This document shows positions 37,438-45,809 of a DNA stretch of 64,000 nt, in pieces (position 1 is the stretch's first letter; each line of letters begins with the position of its first letter). Below the pieces are notes generated by a model. That model saw nothing but the letters and a program-made list of their open reading frames with translations, did no database searches and had not been told where the DNA came from. The position numbers and the translations under genes were made by a program. The DNA is taken from positions 288,105 through 352,104 of the forward strand of contig JASGKA010000001.1 in the NCBI GenBank assembly GCA_047600985.1, read 5' to 3'. The DNA comes from Pyrinomonadaceae bacterium (GTDB lineage Bacteria > Acidobacteriota > Blastocatellia > Pyrinomonadales > Pyrinomonadaceae).

Positions 37438-38464
37438 TCTGGATCGGAAAAGGCACGAAACAGAGAGCGAATATCAGGAGCGTGAGGAACGCGATCAGTT
37501 TTCTTTTCGCATCAAGCGGAGTCTCATCAAACGGCCGCGGGTGTTTCACCCGCATCATAATTGCGAGGATGACGGCAACCAAAAATCCGCTCGGGCTGCC
37601 GTAGATCAAAAGCCCCAGGATCGAAAGCGTCGCCATGACCGGAAATGCTATCCGTCCGGTCCAGTAATGGACCTTTTCTCCGAACACGGCATAGACCGCG
37701 TGTCCGCCATCGAGCTGTCCCGATGGAATGAGATTTAGTGCGGTGACAAGCAAACCGACCCACGCGGCGTAATAGAAGGCATTTCCCACGCTTAAAGCGG
37801 GATCTTTGCCAACGATCACGCCCAACAACCTCATCAGCAAAGGATCCGAAAATAGCAAACCGCTCGGCTGCGCCAGTTGCTCCGCAGTTGCCGGCTGCAT
37901 CGTCATAACTCCGATGATCGCGATCGGCAAAAGTGCGAGAAATCCGGCGATCGGGCCGGCGACGCCAATGTCAAAAACAGCCCGCCGCGAGGGCATTGGC
38001 GAGAGGATCTTGATAAAAGCGCCAAAAGTACCCGCCGGGCCGATCATCGGCGGCGTCGGGATAAAAAATGGCAGTGTCGCGTCAACTCGATAGATCCGGC
38101 ACGCAATGTAATGACCCATTTCGTGACAGATCAGGATGAAAAGCAGTGATAACGAGAACTGCAAACCATACAACAGATGTCCTGGCAATGTGAAAAGGGC
38201 TCGTACCGCATCGACCAACAGGAATGCGTATTTCGCCGGAAGCGAAAAAATGAACTGCAAGACTTCCTGTAAATTCTGCGGGTCGGCCTCGGGAAGTGTT
38301 TGATATGGACCGAAGGGAAATATCGAGCCGGCGATCGTTACCGTACAGAAGGTAAACCCGAGTAGCAGAATGTGCTTGATCCACGTACGCAGCGTCGGCC
38401 GCATCGATGGTCGCTCGTACTGATAAAAATGATCGATCTGATCTGGTTCGGTCATCGTGAACAA
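37430..38464 (-). CDS. M50 family (site-2 protease-like) membrane metalloprotease
   Basis: HEMGHY is an HExxH motif inside a TM helix. Polytopic membrane protein, 344 aa. Confidence 0.75.
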   Translation of the reverse strand: MFTMTEPDQIDHFYQYERPSMRPTLRTWIKHILLLGFTFCTVTIAGSIFPFGPYQTLPEADPQNLQEVLQFIFSLPAKYAFLLVDAVRALFTLPGHLLYGLQFSLSLLFILICHEMGHYIACRIYRVDATLPFFIPTPPMIGPAGTFGAFIKILSPMPSRRAVFDIGVAGPIAGFLALLPIAIIGVMTMQPATAEQLAQPSGLLFSDPLLMRLLGVIVGKDPALSVGNAFYYAAWVGLLVTALNLIPSGQLDGGHAVYAVFGEKVHYWTGRIAFPVMATLSILGLLIYGSPSGFLVAVILAIMMRVKHPRPFDETPLDAKRKLIAFLTLLIFALCFVPFPIQIN

Positions 38465-38558
38465 AAAGATCGTAGAAACGTGCCGCCAACGCTTATATTG
38501 CGTCGGCTTCCGTATCTACGATCGGATACCAAACCAAATGATACTAAAATTGGTGTGA

Positions 38559-38834
38559 CTAATCGACTGCTTTGGCTGAAAGCTCCTTGCCGGGCTTAAA
38601 TCTGATAGTCTTTCCAGCCGGGATCGGTACTTCCTTTCCCGTACGCGGATTTCGTCCAACACCGCGCTTACGAGCTTTAACCACAAAAACCCCAAAACCT
38701 CGCAACTCGATACGTTTACCCTTGGCGAGAGCTTCTTTCATCGCATCAAAGAGCGAATCAACCACTTGTTCTGCTTTCTGCTTTGGGACGCCGGTTCGGT
38801 CAGCGACGAGATTAACAATGTCAAGCTTGATCAT
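38559..38834 (-). CDS. HU/IHF family DNA-binding protein (IHF-beta-like)
   Basis: 91 aa. GFGVFVVKARKRGVGRNPRTGKEVPIPAGKTIRFKPGKEL is the HU/IHF arm signature. Confidence 0.8.
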   Translation of the reverse strand: MIKLDIVNLVADRTGVPKQKAEQVVDSLFDAMKEALAKGKRIELRGFGVFVVKARKRGVGRNPRTGKEVPIPAGKTIRFKPGKELSAKAVD

Positions 38835-39073
38835 TATTTCCTCCTTTTCGAAAACGGAAACACGAGAGAGACTAAAAAATGAAACGTGTTGGAATCATAG
38901 TCCTGTAAGTCTCCCGCTGTCAAGATTTTGCGGCAAATTTGCTACGTTATTTTCTGATACATTCCTCCTACGGCATAAGCCGTATCAATAGCACGCAAAA
39001 AAGCGGTTTTTACGGTCGCGAGTCGTACCAATATGCTAGAATCGGGACACGCCTTTATAGGAGTAAATAAGTT

Positions 39074-39904
39074 ATGCGTTGGAGAGACCAGAGGCAGAGC
39101 GATAATGTTGAGGACCGCCGTGGAATGGGCGGCGGTAGAACCGTCGCGATTGGCGGCGGCGGGCTCGGCGTGGTTATTCTCGCACTCGCGATCTACCTCT
39201 GCGGCGGGGACCCAAGTCAATTGCTCCAGACGGGGCCTTCGCAGGAACAGGTTCCGGCACCTGGAACGACGGCGAACAAAGCCCGTCCCAAAGATGAGAA
39301 CGAACAGTTTGCGAGGGCGATCATGGGAAATCTGGAAGACGCCTGGAAGCAGATCCTGCCTTCGCAAAGCCGTGTTCGCTATCAGGATCCGAAACTCGTG
39401 CTATTTACAGGCCAGATCTCTTCTGCCTGCGGATACGCGAGTTCTGCCACCGGGCCTTTCTATTGTCCGGGCGATCAAAAGCTTTATCTTGATTTCGCTT
39501 TCTTTGACGAGCTTCGTCGCGAGTTCAAGGCTCCCGGCGATTTTGCCCAGGCTTACGTTATCGCACACGAATTCGGCCATCACATTCAGAATTTGACCGG
39601 GATAATGGACAAAGTTCAACGAGCAGGTGAGAACAATCGGCTTTCCGTCGCGCTCGAGCTCCAAGCCGATTGCTACGCCGGTATTTGGGCGAACTTCGCC
39701 GCTAAACAAGGCCGCGTCGAAGCTGGAGATGCGGAGGAAGCGGTTCGAGCAGCCGCAGCGGTTGGCGACGATATGATCCAGAAACGAACGCAGGGCTATG
39801 TTGTTCCCGATTCGTTTACCCACGGCTCGGCACAGCAGCGAATGCAGTGGTTTGCCAAGGGTATGCAATCAGGCGACATGAAGCAGTGCGAAACATTCCG
39901 GTAG
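39074..39904 (+). CDS. YpfJ-like putative neutral zinc metallopeptidase (Zn_peptidase_2)
   Basis: HEFGHH (HExxH), a conserved GDxxxQ region (YVIAHEFGHHIQNLTG), and the N-terminal MRWRDQRQSDNVEDRRG typical of this family. Confidence 0.8.
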   Translation: MRWRDQRQSDNVEDRRGMGGGRTVAIGGGGLGVVILALAIYLCGGDPSQLLQTGPSQEQVPAPGTTANKARPKDENEQFARAIMGNLEDAWKQILPSQSRVRYQDPKLVLFTGQISSACGYASSATGPFYCPGDQKLYLDFAFFDELRREFKAPGDFAQAYVIAHEFGHHIQNLTGIMDKVQRAGENNRLSVALELQADCYAGIWANFAAKQGRVEAGDAEEAVRAAAAVGDDMIQKRTQGYVVPDSFTHGSAQQRMQWFAKGMQSGDMKQCETFR

Positions 39905-39925
39905 AACAGGCTGCCAAGCCTGTTC
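39904..39925. repeat. REP hairpin 5' of RAYT
   Basis: GAACAGGCT-GCCA-AGCCTGTTC, a perfect 9-bp stem. Confidence 0.6.
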
Positions 39926-39962
39926 GTGCCATGGATATCACCGCTCTCTAAAGCAACAGACC

Positions 39963-40679
39963 ATGCACGAATACAAACAGTTCTATCGCCGAAAGCTACC
40001 TCATCTCCACTCACCCGGAGGAACTCTCTTCGTAACATTCCGACTCGCCAACTCAATACCGAAATCTGTAATCAACCGTTACAAGAACGAGAAACAATTC
40101 ATAGAGCATCAAATTCGAACGTCGCTGATCGTTTCATCTGAAACCAACGAAGTCACCGATTCTCGCTCCTCGAAACTAAAAGAATTTCACCGGAACTGGT
40201 TCCGTAAATTCGAAGAGGTTCTTCATAACGAAACTACCGGTCCGGCCTGGCTAGTTGAAAGAGAAGTCGCTGCAATGATATATGAGAGTCTGATTCATCG
40301 ACACGGGAAAGAATACGATCTGAAGGCTTTTTCCATAATGTCAAACCATGTTCATGCGGTCTTCAAGCCTTACCTTTCGGAACGGTCACTGATCGAGACC
40401 AGGGAAGGTCATCGAACAAGATTCGAGAGTTCTGAACCGACACTGGCGGTCATCATGCGGTCTTTGAAAGGCTATACTGCCCGAACTGCAAATAAGATAT
40501 TAAACCGGTCGGGATCGTTTTGGGAGGCGGAAAGTTACGATCACGAGGTAAGGAATAACGAGGAGTTTTTTCGAATCGTCAAATATGTTCTACAAAATCC
40601 GGTCAAAGCCGGATTGGTCGATTCTTGGCAAAGGTGGGAGTGGAATTGGGTCGCAGACGATTTGCGGCATTATTTTTAG
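39963..40679 (+). CDS. REP-associated tyrosine transposase (RAYT; IS200/IS605-like Y1 HUH transposase)
   Basis: HUH motif in SNHVHAVFKP. Catalytic Tyr region IVKYVLQNPVKAGLV. N-terminal RRKLPHL...GTLFVTFRLANS. Flanked by inverted REP hairpins. Confidence 0.7.
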   Translation: MHEYKQFYRRKLPHLHSPGGTLFVTFRLANSIPKSVINRYKNEKQFIEHQIRTSLIVSSETNEVTDSRSSKLKEFHRNWFRKFEEVLHNETTGPAWLVEREVAAMIYESLIHRHGKEYDLKAFSIMSNHVHAVFKPYLSERSLIETREGHRTRFESSEPTLAVIMRSLKGYTARTANKILNRSGSFWEAESYDHEVRNNEEFFRIVKYVLQNPVKAGLVDSWQRWEWNWVADDLRHYF

Positions 40680-40710
40680 CACCTGCGGAGCGTCTACTCC
40701 GTCGCATGAG

Positions 40711-40732
40711 CGACAGGCTTGGCAGCCTGTCG
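40711..40732. repeat. REP hairpin 3' of RAYT, inverted relative to the 5' copy
   Basis: CGACAGGCT-TGGC-AGCCTGTCG. The loop is the reverse complement of the 5' copy's loop. Confidence 0.6.
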
Positions 40733-40736
40733 TACA

Positions 40737-41264
40737 TTAGGCAAACGGCCGCCCGTACAATTCCTGATAGACCCAGCCGAGAAATCGCACTTCGGCGGTA
40801 CAAAGGGCCTCGATCCAGCAGCTTGTCAGATAGATGCGTTTCTCCGCATTAGTGGGAAGCTTTTCGGACTTCTTTACCGCAAACGAATCGAGATCGGCAT
40901 CAAGCCCATAAGATTCCGTGATCTCCGTCTTTGTCTTGTGCGAATCCTGTATCGCAGTGAGCAAATTAGTGATCCACGATTGTAGCTCTTCCTCAGTCGG
41001 ATTTTCTGCTACGGCTTGCAGGGCTCCGATCGCAAATCTCGCCTCCGCGTTTTCAAATGGGTAGATCGCGACGCCGTTCACCTTGTCATCCTGCTGTTTC
41101 CACTGGAACAGTTCCCCGGTGTTCGCGTGCCTGATCCGAGCGGTCCGTTCGTCATAGTTGAGAAACCATTCTAAAAGATCAGCGAGCGATCCGATGTCCG
41201 GTTTCCCTTGCGGGTCGATCCGAAGTTTTGGCGGCTGATTCTCGGCTTCTTTCGTGTTTGCCAT
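40737..41264 (-). CDS. hypothetical protein
   Basis: 175-aa ORF, no motif recognised. Confidence 0.4.
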   Translation of the reverse strand: MANTKEAENQPPKLRIDPQGKPDIGSLADLLEWFLNYDERTARIRHANTGELFQWKQQDDKVNGVAIYPFENAEARFAIGALQAVAENPTEEELQSWITNLLTAIQDSHKTKTEITESYGLDADLDSFAVKKSEKLPTNAEKRIYLTSCWIEALCTAEVRFLGWVYQELYGRPFA

Positions 41265-41348
41265 AAACTCTATTTCAGCACTGATGCCCGTTCAAAACCA
41301 GTCAGTTTTTACATTTAATGAGCCCGACCGTTATAATCACTTCACACC

Positions 41349-42347
41349 GTGGCTGAAAACATTCTCGAAAATCCGGTCCTTGCCGAACTCACAGAAGCAG
41401 AAAAACGCGACCTTGGATTCGGCTCCGTCGTTACCGGCAGTAATCGACGTCTGCTGAACCACGACGGAACGTTCAATGTCCGGCGAACCGGTCTTTCGGC
41501 GATATCTTCGCTCAACCTGTATCACACGCTGCTTGAGATGAAATGGAGAACGTTTCTCCTACTTATTCTGCTTCTATATTTCATCAGCAACATTCTTTTC
41601 GGGCTGTTTTATTCGCTGCTCGGAGCAGACGGTCTTGTAGATGTGTCTTCCACACCGACAGAAAATCTATTTGTTCGAGGATTCTTTTTCAGCGTCCAGA
41701 CGTTCGCTACGATCGGGTATGGAACGATCCATCCATCGGGGATCGTTCCAAATCTGCTGGTCACGATCGAATCGTATTACAGCCTGCTTGCAAACGCCCT
41801 GATCACGGGCCTCGTCTTCGCGAGATTTGCCCGTCCGACCGCGAAGATACGATTCAGCGATTCGGCGATCATCGCCCCATATCGTGGTGTCACGGGTCTG
41901 ATGGTACGGCTAGTAAATGGCCGAAAGAATCATCTGATCGATGTCAAGGCTACCCTGATGTACGCACGCTTTGTCGAGGACAACGGACGTATCGTGCGAA
42001 AGTTTGACACGCTGCCGCTGGAGCGGGATAACGTCGCCTTTTTACCGCTCGCCTGGACGATCGTTCATCCGATAACCGCTGATTCTCCGCTATACGGTGT
42101 CACCAAAGAGGAAGTTATCCGGAGCGACGCCGAGCTGCTTGTTCTGATAAACGCGACCGACGAAACATTCGCAGCGATCGTGCATTCGCGTTCCTCTTAT
42201 AAAGCCCACGAAGTAAAGGTAGGCCATAAATTCGTAAATATCTACAACGAAACCGCCGAAGGCGAGCCGATATCTATCGACGTGCGAAAACTCTCGCTCA
42301 CTGTGCCCGCAGAGCTTCCGGTCCTGAAACTAAACGAGGAAAACTAA
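41349..42347 (+). CDS. inward-rectifier-type potassium channel (KirBac family)
   Basis: Selectivity filter TIGYG, two TM helices and a pore helix (FFFSVQTFATIGYGTIHP), and a cytoplasmic Ig-like C-domain. Confidence 0.8.
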   Translation: MAENILENPVLAELTEAEKRDLGFGSVVTGSNRRLLNHDGTFNVRRTGLSAISSLNLYHTLLEMKWRTFLLLILLLYFISNILFGLFYSLLGADGLVDVSSTPTENLFVRGFFFSVQTFATIGYGTIHPSGIVPNLLVTIESYYSLLANALITGLVFARFARPTAKIRFSDSAIIAPYRGVTGLMVRLVNGRKNHLIDVKATLMYARFVEDNGRIVRKFDTLPLERDNVAFLPLAWTIVHPITADSPLYGVTKEEVIRSDAELLVLINATDETFAAIVHSRSSYKAHEVKVGHKFVNIYNETAEGEPISIDVRKLSLTVPAELPVLKLNEEN

Positions 42348-42943
42348 TGTTTACCGGCCTAATTGAAGAACTCGGAACGATCCAAAGCCTCTCCGAACAC
42401 GCCGGCGGCGTTCGTATAGTCGTGGCTGCGAACCTAGTCACATCGGACATCTCAAACGGCGATTCGATCGCGGTGAACGGCGTCTGCCTTACCGCACTCG
42501 AACCAACTCCGAATTCGTTCGCCGCAGATATGTCACCGGAAACGCTCGACCGAACAACGCTCGGCAGACTTGCCGCAGGTTCGCGAGTAAATCTCGAGCG
42601 GGCTGTCACACCAGCGACACGGCTCGGCGGCCACATTGTTCAAGGTCACGTCGATGGTCGCGGCAAATTTATCTCGGCTGAACCAGAAGGTGATTTCTGG
42701 ACCGTCAGGATCGGCTTTGCTCCTGAGATGGCTCGTTATCTCGTTCACAAAGGCTCGGTCACGGTCGAAGGGATATCGCTAACGATCGCCGCACTTGCAG
42801 AAGGCTATTTTGATATCGCGATCATCCCGAAAACCTGGGAAATGACCAACCTCTCGACCCTAAAACCAAACGATGACGTCAACCTCGAGGCCGACGTCAT
42901 CGCTAAGTATGTCGAGCGAATGATGCAGTTTCGGGAAAGCTGA
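42347..42943 (+). CDS. ribE: riboflavin synthase (alpha chain)
   Basis: MFTGLIEELGTI ... second lumazine-binding repeat HKGSVTVEGISLT. 198 aa. Start overlaps the Kir stop (TAATG). Confidence 0.85.
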   Translation: MFTGLIEELGTIQSLSEHAGGVRIVVAANLVTSDISNGDSIAVNGVCLTALEPTPNSFAADMSPETLDRTTLGRLAAGSRVNLERAVTPATRLGGHIVQGHVDGRGKFISAEPEGDFWTVRIGFAPEMARYLVHKGSVTVEGISLTIAALAEGYFDIAIIPKTWEMTNLSTLKPNDDVNLEADVIAKYVERMMQFRES

Positions 42944-42964
42944 AAACCGATTTTTTTCCAGTCG

Positions 42965-43024
42965 CCAGTTCACAGTTTCGAGTTACCAGTTAGTCGAATC
43001 TGGAAACTCGAAACTGTGAACTGG
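42965..43024. repeat. perfect 20-bp inverted repeat with 20-nt spacer between convergent ribE and eda
   Basis: CCAGTTCACAGTTTCGAGTT ... AACTCGAAACTGTGAACTGG. The spacer is itself palindromic at its ends (CCAG...CTGG). Confidence 0.6.
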
Positions 43025-43049
43025 AATCTGGTCTAAAACCCATTTCGCT

Positions 43050-43700
43050 CTACTGTCCGCGAGCTTCCTTAATGATCTGAATGTACTGCTTGGCCGCATC
43101 CGTAACGACCTGCGGATTTCCTTCCTTGATCGCTTTGATATTGACGAGATCGGTTCCAACGCCGAGGGCAGACGCTCCCGCGTTGATGAAATCTGCTGCG
43201 GTTTTAAGCGAAACTCCGCCCGTTGGGATGATCTTGACCTGCGGGAATGGGCCTTTCAGATTTTTGACGTAGCTTGCTCCGCCGACCGAACCGCACGGGA
43301 AAACCTTTACAAAATCAACACCTGCACTCCACGCCGTGATAACTTCCGTCGGCGTCAGAACGCCGGGACAGATCGGGGCACTGTAACGATGACAGAGTGC
43401 GATCGTGTCGAGATTCAATGCCGGGCTGACGATGAACTGCGCTCCCGCGAGCAAACATGCTCGAGCGGTTTCAGGGTCAAGCACCGTTCCCGCTCCAACC
43501 AGAACGTCGCTGCCGTATTTGTCAGCGACCTTCTCGATCACGCGAACCGCCCCCGGCACGGTCATCGTGATCTCAAGCACGTTCACGCCGCCGGCCTTGA
43601 TCGCCTCAATAACCTGCATCGCCTCATCCGCCGACGAAGCCCTAACAACTGGAACGAGGCCAACTTCCTCGATCTGCTTTACAATTTCTGCTTTAGTCAT
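43050..43700 (-). CDS. eda: 2-dehydro-3-deoxy-phosphogluconate / 4-hydroxy-2-oxoglutarate aldolase
   Basis: 216 aa. TIM-barrel Eda signature (GVNVLEITMTVPGA, ...KVFPCGS...). Confidence 0.85.
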   Translation of the reverse strand: MTKAEIVKQIEEVGLVPVVRASSADEAMQVIEAIKAGGVNVLEITMTVPGAVRVIEKVADKYGSDVLVGAGTVLDPETARACLLAGAQFIVSPALNLDTIALCHRYSAPICPGVLTPTEVITAWSAGVDFVKVFPCGSVGGASYVKNLKGPFPQVKIIPTGGVSLKTAADFINAGASALGVGTDLVNIKAIKEGNPQVVTDAAKQYIQIIKEARGQ

Positions 43701-43710
43701 AATTTTCTTT

Positions 43711-43780
43711 CCCGCGAAATACGCGAAATAACGCGAAAAAAAGACGTCTTATTTTCGCGTCCTTTCGCGTATTTCGCGGG
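43711..43780. repeat. long nested hairpin between kdgK stop and eda start; related to hairpin 26069-26127
   Basis: CCCGCGAAATACGCGAAATAACGCGAAAAAAAGACGTCTTATTTTCGCGTCCTTTCGCGTATTTCGCGGG. Outer 18-bp perfect stem, inner stems, and a palindromic AAGACGTCTT core. Confidence 0.6.
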
Positions 43781-43788
43781 CACAATTC

Positions 43789-44883
43789 TTATCTGGCAAC
43801 GCGCGCTCCGCCGCCTTTCATTACTCTGAGAACGTCCGACAGGCCGACGGTCGTAGTGTCGCCCGGTGTTGTCATTGCGAGAGCTCCGTGAGCGGCACCG
43901 CAGTTTACCGCCCATTCCGGTGATTCTCCGGTAAGGAATCCGTAGATCAATCCCGAAGCAAACGAATCGCCGCCGCCGACGCGGTCAAAGATATCGAGAT
44001 CCGGACGCATTATCGCCTGGAACAACTGGTTCTCGGTAAAACAAACCGCTCCCCAATCGTTTACCGAAGCCGTTTTCGCGTTGCGAAGTGTTGTCGCCGC
44101 AACCGCAAAATTCGGATAATCCGCGACCGCTTTGCGGATCATCTTTTCAAAATTGACGATGTCGAGCTTCGAATGATGCTCGTCCTGCCCTTCGACCTCA
44201 TAGCCGAGACAAGCCGTGAAATCCTCTTCGTTACCGATCATCACATCGACGTATTGAGCGAGGTCGCGGTTGACTTCCTGTGCCTTTGCCTGGCCGCCGA
44301 TGGCTTTCCAGAGCGAATCGCGATAGTTGAGATCGTACGAAATGATCGTGCCGTGCTTTTTAGCACACGCCATCGCTTCTTTAGCGACTTCCGGCGTGGT
44401 TTCCGACAGGGCACAGAAAATACCGCCGGTGTGCAGCCATCGGGCACCTTCTTCGCCAAAGATCTTTTCCCAATCGATGTCGCCCTTCTTGAGCTGCGAA
44501 ACCGCCGTGTTGCCGCGATCCGAGCAGCCGAGAGCGGCCCGAACGCCGAATCCGCGTTCGGTAAAGTTCATACCGTTGCGAACGGTGCGTCCGACACCGT
44601 CGTATTTGACCCACTTGACGTGCGACTGATCGACACCACCCTGATACATCAGGTCCTGTACAAGGCGTCCAACTGGATTGTCAGCCAGAGCCGTGACGAT
44701 TGCGGCATCGAGGCCGAAACATCGCTTCAAACCGCGAGCCACATTATATTCACCGCCGCCTTCCCACACTTCGAACGACCGCGTTGTATGGACGCGCTTA
44801 TCACCGGGATCAAGCCGGAGCATTACTTCACCGAGGGAAACTATGTCCCATTTACATTCTGATTTTGGTCTGATATTTAGCAT
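43789..44883 (-). CDS. kdgK: 2-dehydro-3-deoxygluconokinase (PfkB family)
   Basis: PfkB motifs (GGEYNVARGL N-terminal, DRVGGGDSFASGLIYG C-terminal). Position in the KDG operon. Confidence 0.8.
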   Translation of the reverse strand: MLNIRPKSECKWDIVSLGEVMLRLDPGDKRVHTTRSFEVWEGGGEYNVARGLKRCFGLDAAIVTALADNPVGRLVQDLMYQGGVDQSHVKWVKYDGVGRTVRNGMNFTERGFGVRAALGCSDRGNTAVSQLKKGDIDWEKIFGEEGARWLHTGGIFCALSETTPEVAKEAMACAKKHGTIISYDLNYRDSLWKAIGGQAKAQEVNRDLAQYVDVMIGNEEDFTACLGYEVEGQDEHHSKLDIVNFEKMIRKAVADYPNFAVAATTLRNAKTASVNDWGAVCFTENQLFQAIMRPDLDIFDRVGGGDSFASGLIYGFLTGESPEWAVNCGAAHGALAMTTPGDTTTVGLSDVLRVMKGGGARVAR

Positions 44884-44887
44884 CGTT

Positions 44888-44936
44888 TTTAGGTCTTTGG
44901 TCTTTGGTTTTCGGTTTTCGGCCCTTGGTTTTGTAC
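44888..44936. repeat. tandem 7-nt direct repeats in the kduD-kdgK intercistronic gap
   Basis: Plus strand: TCTTTGG TCTTTGG TTTTCGG TTTTCGG CCCTTGG TTTTGTA. Confidence 0.45.
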
Positions 44937-44967
44937 CTTTTCTTGCTACTGGCTTCTGGCTACTTCT

Positions 44968-45732
44968 TCACCTTCCCATCCAGCCGCCGTCGACGACGAG
45001 AATGTGGCCATTTAAATAATCGCTCGCGGGCGATGAAAGGAATACTGCCGCTCCGGCCAGGTCTTCCGGCGAGCCCCAGCGTCCGGCGGGAATGCGTTCA
45101 AGTATCTGGCGGTTTCTCGTTTCGTCTGCCTGCAAAGCTGCCGTATTATTCGTCGCGATATATCCGGGAGCGATGGCGTTGACGGTAATAGAATTCTTCG
45201 CCCATTCATTCGCCAAAGCCTTAGTCAGGCCCGCAACTCCCGATTTTGAGGCCGTATATGCCGGAACCGTTATTCCGCCTTGAAACGACAGGAGCGAAGC
45301 TATATTGACGATCTTGCCCGAATTCTGCTCGACCATATGCCGGCCCGCGGCTTGAGCGAGTCGGAAGACACTCGAAAGATTTACTTCGATAACGGTCGCC
45401 CAGTCTTCCTCGCTAAAATCCACTGCCGGTGTTCGTCGGATCATTCCGGCGTTGTTGATCAGAATGTCGATCCGGCCAAATGCATCGATCACATCGGCTA
45501 TGACGCGCTTTGGAACTTCCTTGTCCGCCATATCGCCCGTGACTTCGACCGCACGGCGTCCGGTTCGTTCAACCGCGGCTACGACCTCTGCCCCGTCGCC
45601 GGGTTTGCGGCAATGGCAAGCAACATCCGCGCCGGCTTCGGCGAGTCCGACAGCGATCGAACGCCCGATACCGGTTGCCGAGCCGGTCACGAGAGCGACC
45701 TTACCGTCGAGTTTGAATTTGTCGAGGATCAT
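44968..45732 (-). CDS. kduD: 2-dehydro-3-deoxy-D-gluconate 5-dehydrogenase (SDR)
   Basis: TGxxxGIG (VTGSATGIGRS), catalytic YxxxK (YTASKSGVAGLTK), NAG. Start at the ATG at 45732 (MILDKF) so as not to overlap hairpin 45747-45801. Confidence 0.8.
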   Translation of the reverse strand: MILDKFKLDGKVALVTGSATGIGRSIAVGLAEAGADVACHCRKPGDGAEVVAAVERTGRRAVEVTGDMADKEVPKRVIADVIDAFGRIDILINNAGMIRRTPAVDFSEEDWATVIEVNLSSVFRLAQAAGRHMVEQNSGKIVNIASLLSFQGGITVPAYTASKSGVAGLTKALANEWAKNSITVNAIAPGYIATNNTAALQADETRNRQILERIPAGRWGSPEDLAGAAVFLSSPASDYLNGHILVVDGGWMGR

Positions 45733-45746
45733 AATTCCAAGTTCTG

Positions 45747-45801
45747 AGTGCAAGCTTTAGCTTGTCACCCTCTGCGCGTGGTACAAGCTAAAGCTTGCAC
45801 T
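45747..45801. repeat. perfect 19-bp inverted repeat, 17-nt spacer, between kduI and kduD
   Basis: AGTGCAAGCTTTAGCTTGT ... ACAAGCTAAAGCTTGCACT. Confidence 0.6.
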
Positions 45802-45809
45802 CTGAACGT

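Noticed and set aside
38465-38558. Candidate tRNA or small RNA in ORF-free gaps (also 38835-39073, 41265-41348, 30154-30320)
   Set aside because: No tRNA hallmarks seen (GTTCGAATC-like T-loop, acceptor-stem complementarity, CCA context). The gaps look like ordinary promoter regions.
44888-44936. Possible CRISPR array (short direct repeats)
   Set aside because: Repeats are 7 nt, contiguous with no spacers, and lie in an 84-nt intercistronic gap. Not CRISPR-like. No cas genes in the window.
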